Below are positions 13,747 to 26,448 of a DNA stretch of 64,000 nt, piece by piece (position 1 is the stretch's first letter; every line of letters starts with the position of its first letter). A program made the position numbers and the translations under genes. The stretch is taken from positions 114,516,001 through 114,580,000 of the forward strand of contig NC_058373.1 in assembly GCF_018350175.1 (NCBI RefSeq), in the 5' to 3' direction. Origin of the DNA: Felis catus. Lineage: Eukaryota. The notes under the pieces were generated by a model. The model saw nothing but the letters and a program-made list of their open reading frames with translations. It was not told the DNA's origin and did not search any database.

Positions 13747-16700
13747 AAGAACCAATATGCAAAAAAGGTCTCTGTGTGTTCCGTGAAACTACGACCGACA
13801 GCATTAAGCACAACACGACTCTAAAATGGAAAAGTCCCTGGTGGTCAGTAATTACTATAAGTGTCTCTTTCCCATGAATTGATATGCTTCCTTTCATTAG
13901 GAAATAAATGTTATGATAATTCCAATTTCCCCTTTTGCTGTGGCTACCAGGAAGCTTGGAATGAGGGTCAGGGCAAACTGAGAAAAACTAACCTCTTTGA
14001 ACAGTTACCTCATCCTCACCCTGACAAAGCTCAGATCTTCCGACTTTAAAACTTAGCCATATAGGAGCCTTGGGATGTGCTCTCCTCAAATGCTTTTTGG
14101 AAAGAGGCAGAAAAGCACAAATAAAAACATATTCATGAAATAAACTCTATCCCTGGATCTCACTTTCATCAGGGAAGGAACGCAAAGGCTGTGTTGCTAT
14201 ATATGAAAAAACAAATCTTTAATAAAAAGCCACGTGGAGAAATAAAAAAACAGAACTGAACTGCATACACGCTATGGTTACCACTATGAAAGTAACGCAC
14301 ATATGAGGACAAAAACAAAAACAGGTTTCTGAAACGATAAATCGTGGTGTGTAGGTGAGAGGGTTAAAATGTCATCTTTTTTGCCCCCTCTGAAGTGCTT
14401 TCTCTTCTCCAATGGCAACAGAGGCCCAGGTAGATGCATCAAGTAAGGCAAGCAAAAGCCAGTGTTCACTGGCCTTTCCCATGTCATCCCCAAGGCTGCC
14501 ACATTGGGGGTGGAGACAGGCTACAAGCCCACAGGTGGCTCCTTAGAGACTGGAACCCAGTAGGTGGTGGGCTGGACTTCTTAGGGTCTTGCAGAAGATG
14601 CCCGGTGCCCTGAAATCACAGCGGTTTGAAATTCTTGTCCTCACTACCCGTCAGCGGGCATGTTCCGAACACACCCTCATAAGAACAACAAACTAGACAC
14701 CTGCACACATGGTTGTGGGGAGGGGCAGGAGCCATAAGCCACGACCTCTGACCTCTACATGCCTAGGACTCGATGGGCAAACTAGTGACCCCTCAGTCTT
14801 CCCGTGTCAGATCAAACGCGCTCCCTCCGGGAAGCTTTCCTCCTCCATCCCCCATCCTCGGACCCTCGCACCTGACTGATGGGCATTCACACACAGCCTG
14901 CACGTCTCCTTCGGAACCCTTGACACACCTGAAACCCCGTCCTCGGTGCGTCCAGCCCAGGGGACTGCGAGCCCAAGGCCGGCGCAGTCGCAGATGGCAC
15001 CCGGGCCACATGAGCCAAATGGCCGGCAGACAGGATGGCTCAGCCTCTGCTGAGGACCAAGGTTTGGGCGACTGGACTAGAGGCTTCCTCCTCCCTCCAC
15101 TGGACTCAGGATCCCCGGGGCTGCCAGAGTGGCTGGCCGCTGTCTCTATTGTACCCGTCTCTTTTCCAGTGACAGCAGCCCACGTGGGGCAGGGGAGCCT
15201 AGCCCTGGAGAGCAAGTAGGTCTTCGGAGGCTGACTCACCACCTTGCAGGTGGAGTGAGCTCATTCCCTTCCAGGGCATCCTCGAACCAGAAACCCACAA
15301 CAGAGGTGGTTCCCATGGCAACCGGCCAGCGCCTCCTCCACAGCCGCCTTCCCTGGAGCGCCTGCGCCCTGTGCCCTGTGCCAAGGGTCACTTAGCCCTC
15401 CCTCCGCCGCCTGAATCCCGAGAGCACAGAGCGAGCCGCGGCCCTGGGGGCCAGGCACGGCAGAGCCCTCCCCCCTCCACCGCCCCCACCGGCTTCGACA
15501 AGTCCACCCAACACACTCGAGACCAGGAAACTCATGACCCCACAGTTCATTCCTTCTTTGGAAAGTTTGACAGTTAGAAGCTCTGAGCTAGACTCCCATC
15601 TCCCACACAACCCCCACAAGTACTATTTTGCCCCCTTGGGCCTCCCAACGTGGTCTGCAGCCTTGTCTACACAGCCAGGCTCCTTCCACTACTCCTGACA
15701 CGGCTCCCACCCACCCCACCGGGCAGTGTCCAGTGTCCTGGGTCCAGTTCAGACAGCCGAGCACTGAGCAGGACGCAGGACAAGTCTAGAGCCCGCCGCT
15801 GCCCTGAAGACGGCCGAGCTCGTCCGCTGACTCACCGGGTCCGCTGTCACCCACCCCCAGGCCTCTTTCTCTCCAGCTGCTCCCAGCCCACTCCTTCTCA
15901 CTCATCCCCTGCCCCGCCCTTCCCAGAGCTTCATACTCACTGTTCATGCCTTTGGTCACATTCTGCCTGGCCCACCTCCCCCGCCCTTTGCCACCACCCC
16001 CTTGCCTGACTCACCCAGACATACTCCAGATTTGATTTTTAGCTCACTTTTATCACCTCCTCCAGGAAGCCTTCCCTATCTCCTCCAAGGTGGGATGGGG
16101 CCTTCCTTGGGCTCGCTTCACTATACGGCACGTCACATCTTTGTGACAAGGAAATGCGGTTCATAGGTCTGTCACCCACTGGCCTCTCCAGCACCTTGCC
16201 CTGACCTGGAAAGAGCAAGTGCTTCGTATTTATTAAACCCGGGTGGTGAGCACATAGGTCTTTGTCGTGGTGTTCTCTACACTTTTTCTTATATTTCAAA
16301 TGTCATTTAAAAAAATAAAATGATCCACAGTAAATGTGAATTGAGAGGGTAGACCATCGTCGGCAGCCGTGCCTTTGGTGCGGGTTATGTCTGCCCACCT
16401 CAAATATCTGGCTGAACTCATCCTTCAGAAACTTTTCCCCCCACCCTGGGGCCGGAGGAATGCCACTTGGCCAGTTGCCAAGTAGTCCGTTCAAACCTTC
16501 TGGAACGTCTGCATCGTGCTCGGCACAGTGGTGACCCCACGGGCGAGGTTGCGTTGGTACTGGCGTATCGTTTCACCTCCACTTGTCCTTTTCATTCGCG
16601 AGAACACAGTTCACCCCAGCTAATCTCACTGCATGCTAGCCCAGATGGCTAAACAGGACAGGGAGGTTTTGTGGCTAAGCGCTGAAGCTGGCGAAACGGG

Positions 16701-16907
16701 AAATCGGGATTCGTTATACTATCCTCTACTCCTGCACTTGAATTCTCCATGATAATTAGGTTTTGTTTTGTTTTTTTAACTTATTCACACAACTAATACT
16801 CCCTAAGTGCCTCCCACATTTCAGACATCATGGCTAAAGAGAGAAATAAGAAACAACCCTCCCCCGTCCCTGCCATGAATTGAAACTTTATTAAATTCTA
16901 AATTACT

Positions 16908-17124
16908 GGGGCGCCCGGGTGGCTCAAGTGGTTAAGCGTCCGACTTCGGCTCGGGTCATGATCTCATGGTTCGTGAGTTCCAGCCCCACATTGGGCTCTC
17001 GGCGCTCAGCGTGGAGCCCACTTGGGATCCTCTGTCTCCCTCTCCTCTCTCTCTCTCTCTGCCCCTCCCCCACTTGCTTGCACTGGCTCTCTTTCTCTCG
17101 AAAATCAATAAACATTTTTTTTTT
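16908..17124 (+). mobile_element. Can-SINE
   Basis: Head, (CT)n and tail present; TSD aattctaaattact at 16894-16907 and 17125-17138. Confidence 0.93.
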
Positions 17125-17544
17125 AATTCTAAATTACTATCTTAACCCTCCCTGAAAATTAACATCTAACCACACTTGTGACAAGACGATGCTGATCTCC
17201 CCGGAGGGAAGAAGACCGATAAGGGGCTTTGGGAACTGTGTCCCCTGGGCTTGTCTCCCCAGCCCTGCCTCCTCCACCTACAGGGTCTCCCCCTGTACGG
17301 GGGCAGCCCCCCATTCAGAAAGTGGCCGCAGGGCACCAAGGGTGGGCCTCAGAGCTGCTGCAGATCTCACAAGCCCCCAGGAAGCCTGCAAAAGACAGCT
17401 TTCCCCTCAAAGGGCAGGATCCAAACACCCTTCATTCTGTCATTACAACTTCTCCTAAAGCCCTCTCAGTATCAGGTGCGAGACCAGCTTCGGAGATAGA
17501 AATAAAGGCCACACAGACATCCCTGACTTAAGGGAATCATGGTT

Positions 17545-17810
17545 CTAGTGACTGGAAATCCCAGGATTCAGATCCTACCCCTGCCACTTACCAGCTGCAG
17601 GCCGCTGGGTAAACTACTAAACCTCTCTGGGCCTCGGTTTCCCCATCTGTAAAATGGGGACATACTGCCCGCCTCACGGGGTTGTTGTGAGAATCTTATG
17701 GGTCAGTGCATGGGAAATTCTCATCCCGGTGCTTAGATGCAAAAAGCTAAGCACGGTGCCAGGCACGCATTAGAAGAGCTACTTCGTGTGACTCCTGTAT
17801 TAGTATTATT
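17545..17810 (+). mobile_element. MIR (near full length)
   Basis: Core ctgccacttaccagctg...cctcggtttccccatctgtaaaatgggga...gttgttgtgagaat. Other MIR pieces at about 763-890, 19030-19275, 25470-25660, 25900-26100, 30975-31170 and 52960-53135. Confidence 0.8.
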
Positions 17811-20800
17811 CACCAGGCCCCCACGGCCTATTAACAGGCAGAGGTGACAGTGGAGCTTGAAATGCAAAGAAGGAATCACAGAGGCAAGGCCAGATTCAAG
17901 AGACAGGCACAGACTGGCTCCAATTGTCTTTGCACCATTATGTTCGTCTGCCTGAGCTTTTCCGAGCAATGCCGCAGCCACAGCCTAATGGGTGAATGGT
18001 GCCCACGAGCCTGCAAATGCTTTCCATCTGGCCTCTTCTCTCAGAGGAAGCCAGCAATGCCCCTTCATCACCCCCAGCCTGCCCACACCCAGGGTGCTGT
18101 AGCCCGGCTGAGCACTGTGTCCTTGCTGTTCCGGGCTTTTGTCTTTTTCAGCCAGCTGTCAATTTCTGCTCACCCTGGGCATTAGGTGGTAGGAGCACTT
18201 GAGCCCCCACAGACCTGGGTGCAGATCTCAGCCTGCAGTATGCCAGCCTCAGCGTGTTATTTGACTTCTCAGGGTTTTGAGCCCCTCGCCTGTAAACAGA
18301 GCTAAAGCCTCCTACCTTGCTCTGAGGATGAAATAATGGTGTGATGTGAAACAAACAAACAGCTGGCACAGGGCCTACAACCACCGTGACTATGTCAGAG
18401 GGTGGAGCCTGGAACACCCCCACAGCCACAGAACCGGCCCAACCCTGTCATGGCCAAGAAGGTGCCATACTCGGGGGCAGCCAGCAAAGGCATGACCAGC
18501 ACCCCCATGCTTCCAGGAGGGCGAGGAAATCTGCCCCTCCCCAGTATAGCCTCATTCCCAAGACCCTCCTTGGGGGTGGCCAGTGCCTGGGGTGCCACGC
18601 AAGGCAAGAAGGAAAGAGAAGAGACACGGGGAAGAAAGGAAGAGGTGAAGGAGCAGCCCCCATCTAGCCCTGAGCTGCCCCACCTCCACTGCTTGGCATG
18701 GCACCGGGGCTTGCAGTGTCAGGGACCAGAACCCGCAGCGTTTACAACAGAGCGTGCCCACCATCCTGGAACGCAGTCCCCTCTTCTTACAGGTGAGGAT
18801 CAGGTGTGGCTTGTCCAGCATCGCACAGCAGCCACAGGCACAGCTCTTATGAACGGACCACTTCCAGGTTCCACAGGCAAGTGCAGGAATGTGTGTGTCA
18901 GAAGAGAGGTATTTGGGGCCCAAGGAGGGTGGAGACCCAGTTCTATCTCTAGTGAGGGGCTTCCGGTCTGCAGTCAGGGCAGACAGCCGGTGCTCGCTGA
19001 CGAGCAGAGGGAACCTGGCAGGGAGGGGACAGCCAGGGCAGTTGGCAAGGACCGTGCGCTCTGGCCAGACAGCCCTGAGTTCAAAGTCTGGAACACCACT
19101 CAAGAGCTGTGTGGCTTGGGGCAAACGGTTTAATCTCACCAGAGCTCCATTTCTTCTGCAAAGTGGAGATGAAAATGAAATAGTACTTGCACTTGACAGT
19201 GCGGTTAGGATGACTGATATAATGCACGTTACGGAATTAGCACAGGGCTGGGCATGTAGTAAGCGTTAGCTGTTAATGTGAGGACCGGCACCGCTCATGA
19301 CACCGGCGCCACCTGCACCTGTCCCTTTGGCTCGTTTCTCGCTCCCCTCCTCAGCTGTAATCTCAGGAGCCAGTCCCGGGAACATCTGGGTACAAGGGCA
19401 GCCATGCAAAGGACCCACCTGTCATTCACCACCTCCAACCTGGCAGAGGACAGCTGCCGTCATGTGTGAAACTCACCTGAACTCGACCACCCACACACTA
19501 GCCAGAACCCCAGCGGCTCCATCCATCTGCCTTCAGAGCACAGAGGCTCACGCTGCCTGTCTGTCAGCAGGTGTTTGGAGCCCACCCACAAGTATGACCT
19601 CAGAAGAGGGTTTATATGTGCCTGGAATAAACAGTCCTTACCCAAACCAGCCCCACAAGGAATGAACTCATGGCAGAGCATCCTTGGACAAGTCAGATCA
19701 CCATCGTGGACCTCAGTCTCTTCATCTAAGTGGCAAGGACCAGGTGACCAGTATAGTTCCCTTCGGGCTCTGGCATTCTGTGACTTGATTTCTTCAAACT
19801 GCTCCAGAAGAAAGAAGGGCTAGAGCTGGGTCCTGGGAGTAAACAAAGTGGAAGACAAGGCTGCCTATTGACACCAGTCCCTTGGGCAGATTCCAGGCTG
19901 AAATCCTTGCTCCCTGGCTCCGCTCAGCCTGCAGTCTCTCCTACCTCACACCGATCCTGTGACCCAGAGAAGCCTACACCAAAGACGGATCGATGATGAG
20001 CAGCCCACCTTGCAGTGGGCCCAGATACTCTCCCCACCCCAGGACCACACCTGGAGCACCCAGGCTAGAAGGCAGAGCTAAGAGACCCTTCACCAATCCC
20101 AAATAAGGCTGCCTACCCTCCACAGGCACCTGGCTTCCCACATGGCCACACCCTAAGCAGGCATTTCCAGAATAAGAGAGTGCATGCAGATCCCAAGACA
20201 CAGAGCACCACCGGATCCCGTAAGGGAAGCTCATTCACCGGGCCCCACCCACGCCCTCCCTAGAGGGTAGGAACAAATTCCTGACAGCTGAGGACACTGA
20301 AGACTCCTAAAGATAAGAGTCCGTGTATGAGCAGAATAGTTAGTTTCAGGGCCAGGCTGAGAAGCCCAGGAATCAACCTCAAGATCACCTCCAGAAGTCC
20401 TTGGCTCTACTGAGCAACCCCCATCAAGGGGACAGAAACACAGAAAGCTGGCGTTGGCCCCAGACCTTAGAGATCATCTCCATGTGCTAATCCAGGCAAG
20501 GCATTTCCAACACCGCACTCCCCCCAACCCAGTCCTCTCATTTTATAGGTAAGGATCAGGTGTGGCTTATCCAGCATCACACAGCAGCCATAAGCAGCTC
20601 TAAAACCAGACCTCGGGTCTCCTGTGGCCCTGGTACCCGAGGCACAACTGCTGTCCTTGTTCCGAAGGGACAGAACAGGGTCCTCCCAGGCAGCTCTCTG
20701 GACTGATAGTTCAAAGAGACAGTTTTTCCATATCTAGTCCTTTCCTAAATGCCACCCACCAGGGTCCCAACAGGAAGGGAGCAGGAGGCAGGTGGACCAG

Positions 20801-21777
20801 GGTCCTGCTGGGCCCCACAAGCTGGGGAGCTGGGGGGTCTGAAGGTTCTGTCTGGTTCCATGCCCCGCCGGCTGCTGTGGCTAAAGACAGCAGGCTGCTG
20901 ACGTCCACCGCCGAAGAGAGAACCCTCAGTGCTGGGGCTGGAAGGTTTTATTTCCTTTGAGGCCCCCAAGCCCACATAAGAGGACCAGAAACTCCCTAAG
21001 ATTTTCTGAAGTAGGGGCCGTAGCCAAATCCAACAAGGGCAGGGAACAGAAGGACGTGTCAGCATGGCCAGTACCTCAGGAGAGGAATCTGAAGTGGGCC
21101 GCTGGCCAAAAGAAGAAAACACACAGCTGGACTGCCTGCCAGGGAGCCGGGGAGGGGGGTGGGTGCGCTGGCTCCCGGCCACCCTGCTTCGGTCAGACAC
21201 CTGGGAGGGGGTTTCGAGCAGCATGGCAGGGCTGAGGTCATCCTGAGCTCGGACCCCAGCTCAAGCATAAGGCCAGCTTCCCTGGCCTCCTCTGGACTCC
21301 GGGGCACACTTCTGAGGCTGCGAGGCCAGCCTGGGCTCCCTCTGGGACCTCAATTCAGCCCCATCACCAAAGCGGCCCTTGATGCCTTGGACTATCGCCA
21401 CCCAACACCTCAGCATCCGCCAGACATTTCCGGCTGCACTGTGGCTGCCCCACCCCCTCTAAGGCACCCACGGTCACCGCTCAGCATATCTAATATTTGG
21501 TGAGCACCTACTGTGTGCCAGCAGGAGGCTCCTGAGGAGTCGCCCTCGCAGGGTACAGGAGCACATCTCCCACCCCAGGTCCAGGCCCCCCCACCCCCCA
21601 CAGAGAAAGAACGCAACTTCCCCTTATTTGGGGGGGAAGAGGGAGGAGGCACTAGGTACTAAATACCAGCAAAGTCACCATCTACATAAAGACCTCTAGG
21701 GCAGATTGCAAAAGTAGTCCCAATGCTTTCCCTTGCCTGTATCTATCTTCTTTGCAAGTAGCTTTGCAGTGCCCTCA

Positions 21778-21910
21778 CACTTGTTAAAAATACAAATTCT
21801 CAGGCCCCACCCCAGACCTATATAAACCCTGAGGACGGGGTCCAGCATCTGTATTTTAAGCAGCCTTCTGGGTGATTCTGATGCACGGTCAAGTTTGAGA
21901 ACCACCCTTC
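21778..21910. mobile_element. MER5-like hAT-Charlie MITE
   Basis: cttgttaaaaatacaaattctcaggccccacccc...gattctgatgcacggtcaagtttgagaaccac. Similar copies at about 4210-4360, 10540-10680 and 60190-60520. Confidence 0.75.
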
Positions 21911-22998
21911 TAGGCTTCAAGGCTCTGAGATGAGGTGGCCTGAATGTGTCTGGATCCCGGTGGCACAGCCTTCCAGGAGCCCCCTACTAGGGAGGCTCCC
22001 ACGAGACCCCCAGACCCACCTCCAATCATCGAAGGAGCCCCAAGTCATTCACAGATCAGTGATATCCCCTGAGAACCCTCCAAATGTCCTCAGGGCCAAG
22101 AGTTTCACAACAATGCCCAAAGCGACTCTGATGAGGACTGCCAAGAGGCTGCCAACTCGCCTGTCCTTTCCAGCTCCCTCCTGCCCATCCTCTACCCAGG
22201 CGCTAAGTGAGCGAGGCAAGGGCTGAGCGGCCAAGAGCCAGCAGAGAAGGAAGAAAAGGCCAGAGCCAGGAAACCAGGCATGGACAGGGAGACATAACTG
22301 GAATCCCACTGGCTGCCCCCCGGCCCCGGCCAAGAAGGGCTCAGCTGTGGCTCCCCACCTCTGCCTCTTTCAAAACTCTATGTGCAGAGAACGACTGACT
22401 TCCAAATGTTGCAAGATACCACTGTGAGACATAAAATGCAAACTCATTTAGAAGCATTCCCAAATTCACAGTAGCTTTCTGTCATTACATATTTGCTTCA
22501 TCAAGAAGCAATAAAAGGACAACTGCTATCCTGGGAGGAGAAAAACTGGCAAAGCAGTGAGCCCCTAAGAAGCTGACTCTTGGAGCCCCAGGAAGAGGGC
22601 AGCGGGCAAGGGTGTAGGTCCCCCCCCACCCAGGAAATGGGAGGCAGGTGCCAAAAACACACGTGGGAAGAAAGAAAAGAAGAAACTGAGGCTGGCTGCT
22701 TCTGCCCTCCCTCCTCAAATACCAGGGAGTCTCCGAACCCCGAGGGGGCTCATGGCAGCAGGTATAACACAGAGAGCCACCTGCAGCCTCCGGTCCCACC
22801 TGCCATCTGTAAGCCACTGTGCAACTCGGACAAGTCCCTCAAGTCCCAGCCCCTCTGGGCCTCAACCGTTGTCTCCTCCACAAAACAGGGCGGAGCCAGG
22901 CCAACCTCCACAGCTCCAGGCCACAGGAACCGTGTGAGCAGAAAGAACAGCATGTGAGCACGCTGCTACGTTGGGTATGACATCATTTATGTAGTTTT

Positions 22999-23226
22999 TT
23001 TTTTTTAATGTTTATTTATTTTTGAGGGGGAGGGGGGGAGGGGGGGGAGAGAGAGAGAGAAAGAGAGAGAATGAGCTGGGGAGGGACAGAGAGAGGAGAC
23101 ACAGAATCCGAAGCAGGCTCCAAGCTGTCAGCACAGAGCCTGACGCGGGGCTCGAACTCACGGACTGCGAGATCATGACCTAAGCCGAAGTCGGACGCTC
23201 AACCGACTGAGCCACCCAGGCGCCCC
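22999..23226 (-). mobile_element. Can-SINE
   Basis: TSD catttatgtagtttt at 22984-22998 and 23227-23241. Confidence 0.94.
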
Positions 23227-25676
23227 CATTTATGTAGTTTTCAACAGGCACAAAGATACAGACAACTACACAGGCAGGAACTGTATAAACCAACGTTGAG
23301 GAAAGAAAACACCAAATGCGGGACAGCGGTTAATTCCAGTGAGGAAGGGAACAGCATTGGGGACAGGAACACCAGAACCCTACCTCTGCCTATAAGGCCT
23401 TTGTGAACTGGCCTCCAAAGCAGAAAACCTAGAAAAACAGCTGTAACCAACTGAGCCTTTGCAAACCTTTCTAAATTTCGTTACCTCCAGCTAAGCCATC
23501 GCATAAGGTGTTGCAAAGACTAAATGAATCAATATCTGGGAAACACTTAGAGTGTGTGTGGCCCACGGCACAGAACTGGGCTGGCACGTGCTGGGGGCGG
23601 GCTGGGGGTGGGTGCTCAGCTCCGCTTTCCCTGGGCCTGGGCCTGGGCCTAAGCTGGGGCCTTCCGAACCAGGGGCTTCCATGAAAAGGTAATCAGGGGC
23701 CGGTCCCGAGCCTGACCCCCCTGCGTCCGCTGGGGCCTTAATGCTTGTGCCAAGCACCCCTAGTAGAGGAGCTCCAGACAACCCACTGAACTGAAACCCC
23801 AGAGTGGCACTCCTTAATTTTTTGAAAGTTAATTATAGAATGAACCTCTCAATTAACTATAGCTTAAGACAAACAACAACCACAACAACAAAGTGGCTTT
23901 CACCTGAGACGAAAGTTTGGGGAAACATCTAAATTAAAAAGAGGCCTCCGGGCTTCACGCAGGCAAAGCTACCTCCCGACAGTCCCAGCCAGGATCCAGG
24001 ATAAAGGGCAGGAAACCGGGGGTCTGGCCCCGCTTCCCCTGCTCCGGGAATGCAGGATTCATGAGCCGCCTCCTCCTGGTTCCCAGAGCCAAGCCTGGAA
24101 AAGCACTTCGGGTTCCTGGAAAGAAAGACCTTTCCGAAAAACGGGGAGCTCTACTGGAAAGTGCCATTATGTATTATCTGGAGGATGTCTGCGGCGTTTG
24201 AAAGGGAGCCACTCCTCTGCCAAAGTCAAATCAGTGGCCAAAATCAACAGGGGGGGCTTCTCAGAGCCAAAGAGGCACACACGTGTGCCTGCACTCACAC
24301 CGACACGCACAGCCGTGCTCACACAGCCGGACAGACACTGCTGTCGGGACCACAGAACCTCCATAAAGTTGCAGCCCCCCTGCAGACGCTGCACTGGGGG
24401 GCAGGCGGGGACCCTACTTCCTGGTGTTGGCACTTAGAAGAAGTAAAAGCCCCACTTCCGTCCGTTCCCAAGCCACAGGCTGTGTGGCCATTCCCACGCT
24501 GGACACAAGGAGAAAAGGGAGTCTGGCTGGAACAAGCCCCCACCCACCCGAGCACAAGGCTTGCGGCCTGTCCTCCAAGATGCAAAGCCAAGTTCCATGA
24601 GGAGACCTGCCTGAAGCAGGCCACCCACCTTGACGTGCCCCCCCACCTCCTGTCGGTTCACCTACAGACGATCTGAAAATAGAGCTCAGCATCACTCCAT
24701 TCTGTTCCCATCCGTTTATAATCAGCTTTACAGATGGCTTTTAAAAAATAAATCTTTGGGCCCATAAAAATGCTCCCCTGCAAGCCCCGGCCTGGCCTCA
24801 AATCACAGGCCTGTGACTGGGCTCGGAACAACCCCATAGTATCAACCACCAAGAAACAGGAAAAACAAGGTAGAGAGGAGGCAGCTTGTCAAAAGCTCCC
24901 TTCCCCCAAGGATCGCTTTTCCACCATCAGCTGAACCCCCCGGGGCCTCTGATTTAGACCCTGAGACGAAAGGTTCAACCCCGGGGGCCAGGAAGGACAC
25001 TGTCCTACCCTCCGTGCCGTCCTCTGGCCTGGTCCACAGCGCGGAAAAGCCAGAACGGCTCACTCCCAACAACCTAAGCCTCGCCAACTTTCCCTCACCG
25101 ACTTTTTACCAGCCTCAAGGCTTAAACAAGAACCTCCAACTTCACGTTCCATGTGCACAAGCTTTCAAAAGCAAAACAAACACCTCAGCTACCTGGTTCA
25201 AAGCCTGTTGTTCCCCTGGTGACCAAACAAAGGGAAGATGAACAGGAGGGACATGGTTGAATCTGAAAGCAGGGAAGCCAGTCCCCAAAAGCTGGAGTCA
25301 GCTCTTACAGGGGCCACCAGGGACACCTAGGGCCCTCCAGGTTCAGGGGACCTGAGTGTATTCCCGTCAGTTATTCTTTAGATGTGTAGAAATACGACTA
25401 GAACGCTCCCCTACCTTTTCAACCGAGAAAAGTAACTTCAGAAAGGTCCTGCTCACCTGGCTTAGACTACAGACCCTCCAGTCAAAGACCTGGATTCAAA
25501 ACCAACTCTACCTGTCCATTCAGGTTGCAGGGGAGACCCTGGTAAAGTCAGTGAACCTTTCTGAGCCTCATTTGCCCTGTCTACAAAATGGGGAGAAGGC
25601 CTGACAAGTTTGCTCATCATGATTAACGAAGAGAAAACCACGTGTGAAAGCATAAATATTAAAAATCATGAATCAT

Positions 25677-25772
25677 GGGGTGCCTGCCTGGCTCGGTGGG
25701 TACAGCGCATGACTCTTGTTCTTAGGGTCGTGAATTTGAGCCCCACATTGGGGGTGGAGTTTATTTTTAAAA
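25677..25772 (+). mobile_element. Short old Can-SINE
   Basis: tRNA-like head without a (CT)n body; TSD atcatgaatcat. Confidence 0.85.
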
Positions 25773-26252
25773 CATCATGAATCATGTAATGAGTACTTGA
25801 TTATATAGCACCTTTAATCGTTCCTTACGATTTCATTTACATAAGCCTTGTCCCTCGAAACATAAACTACGGAATAGCAAAAGGTTTGTCCGTTTCTAGT
25901 GAAGGGTCAAGTTCCAAGGTCAGTGTGCCTGGGTTCATGCATAACCTGGCTTACTAGCTGTTTGATCTTGGGCAAGACACTTGACCTCACTGAGTCTCAG
26001 TTTCCCTGTCTGCAAAAAGGGAAGTAACAGTACCTTCCTCAAAGGGTTGACGGATGGAGGTAATCCAAACCATGCAACCCTCAAACAGTATGAACTATTA
26101 TTATTTGGAGAACATTCTTACCAAATACTGGTTGGTTGGTACAAAACAGTTAATCTCCTTTCTAGTCGTCCTTCTCTCACCTTCTCTTTCCTTTCTGGGA
26201 GGTGGACAGTGTTTACATTATCTCCTATCATGGGTTTGGGAAATGCTTTAAG

Positions 26253-26448
26253 TTTTTTTAATGTTTTTATTATTTTTGAGACAGAGACAGAGCATGAGTA
26301 GAAAGAGAGGGAGACATAGAATCCGAAGCAGGCTCCAGGCTCCGAGCTGTCAGCACAGTGCCCGACGCGGGTCTCGAACTCACAGACCGCGAGATCATGA
26401 CCTGAGCTGAAGTGGGCTGCTCAACTGACTGAGCCACCCAGGCGCCCC
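26253..26448 (-). mobile_element. Can-SINE
   Basis: Antisense head gagccacccaggcgcccc; T-rich tail. Confidence 0.92.

Noticed and set aside
18402..19133. 243-aa ORF, and the similar 3595-4209 ORF
   Set aside because: Runs through MIR-like or GC-rich intronic sequence with no recognisable protein similarity.
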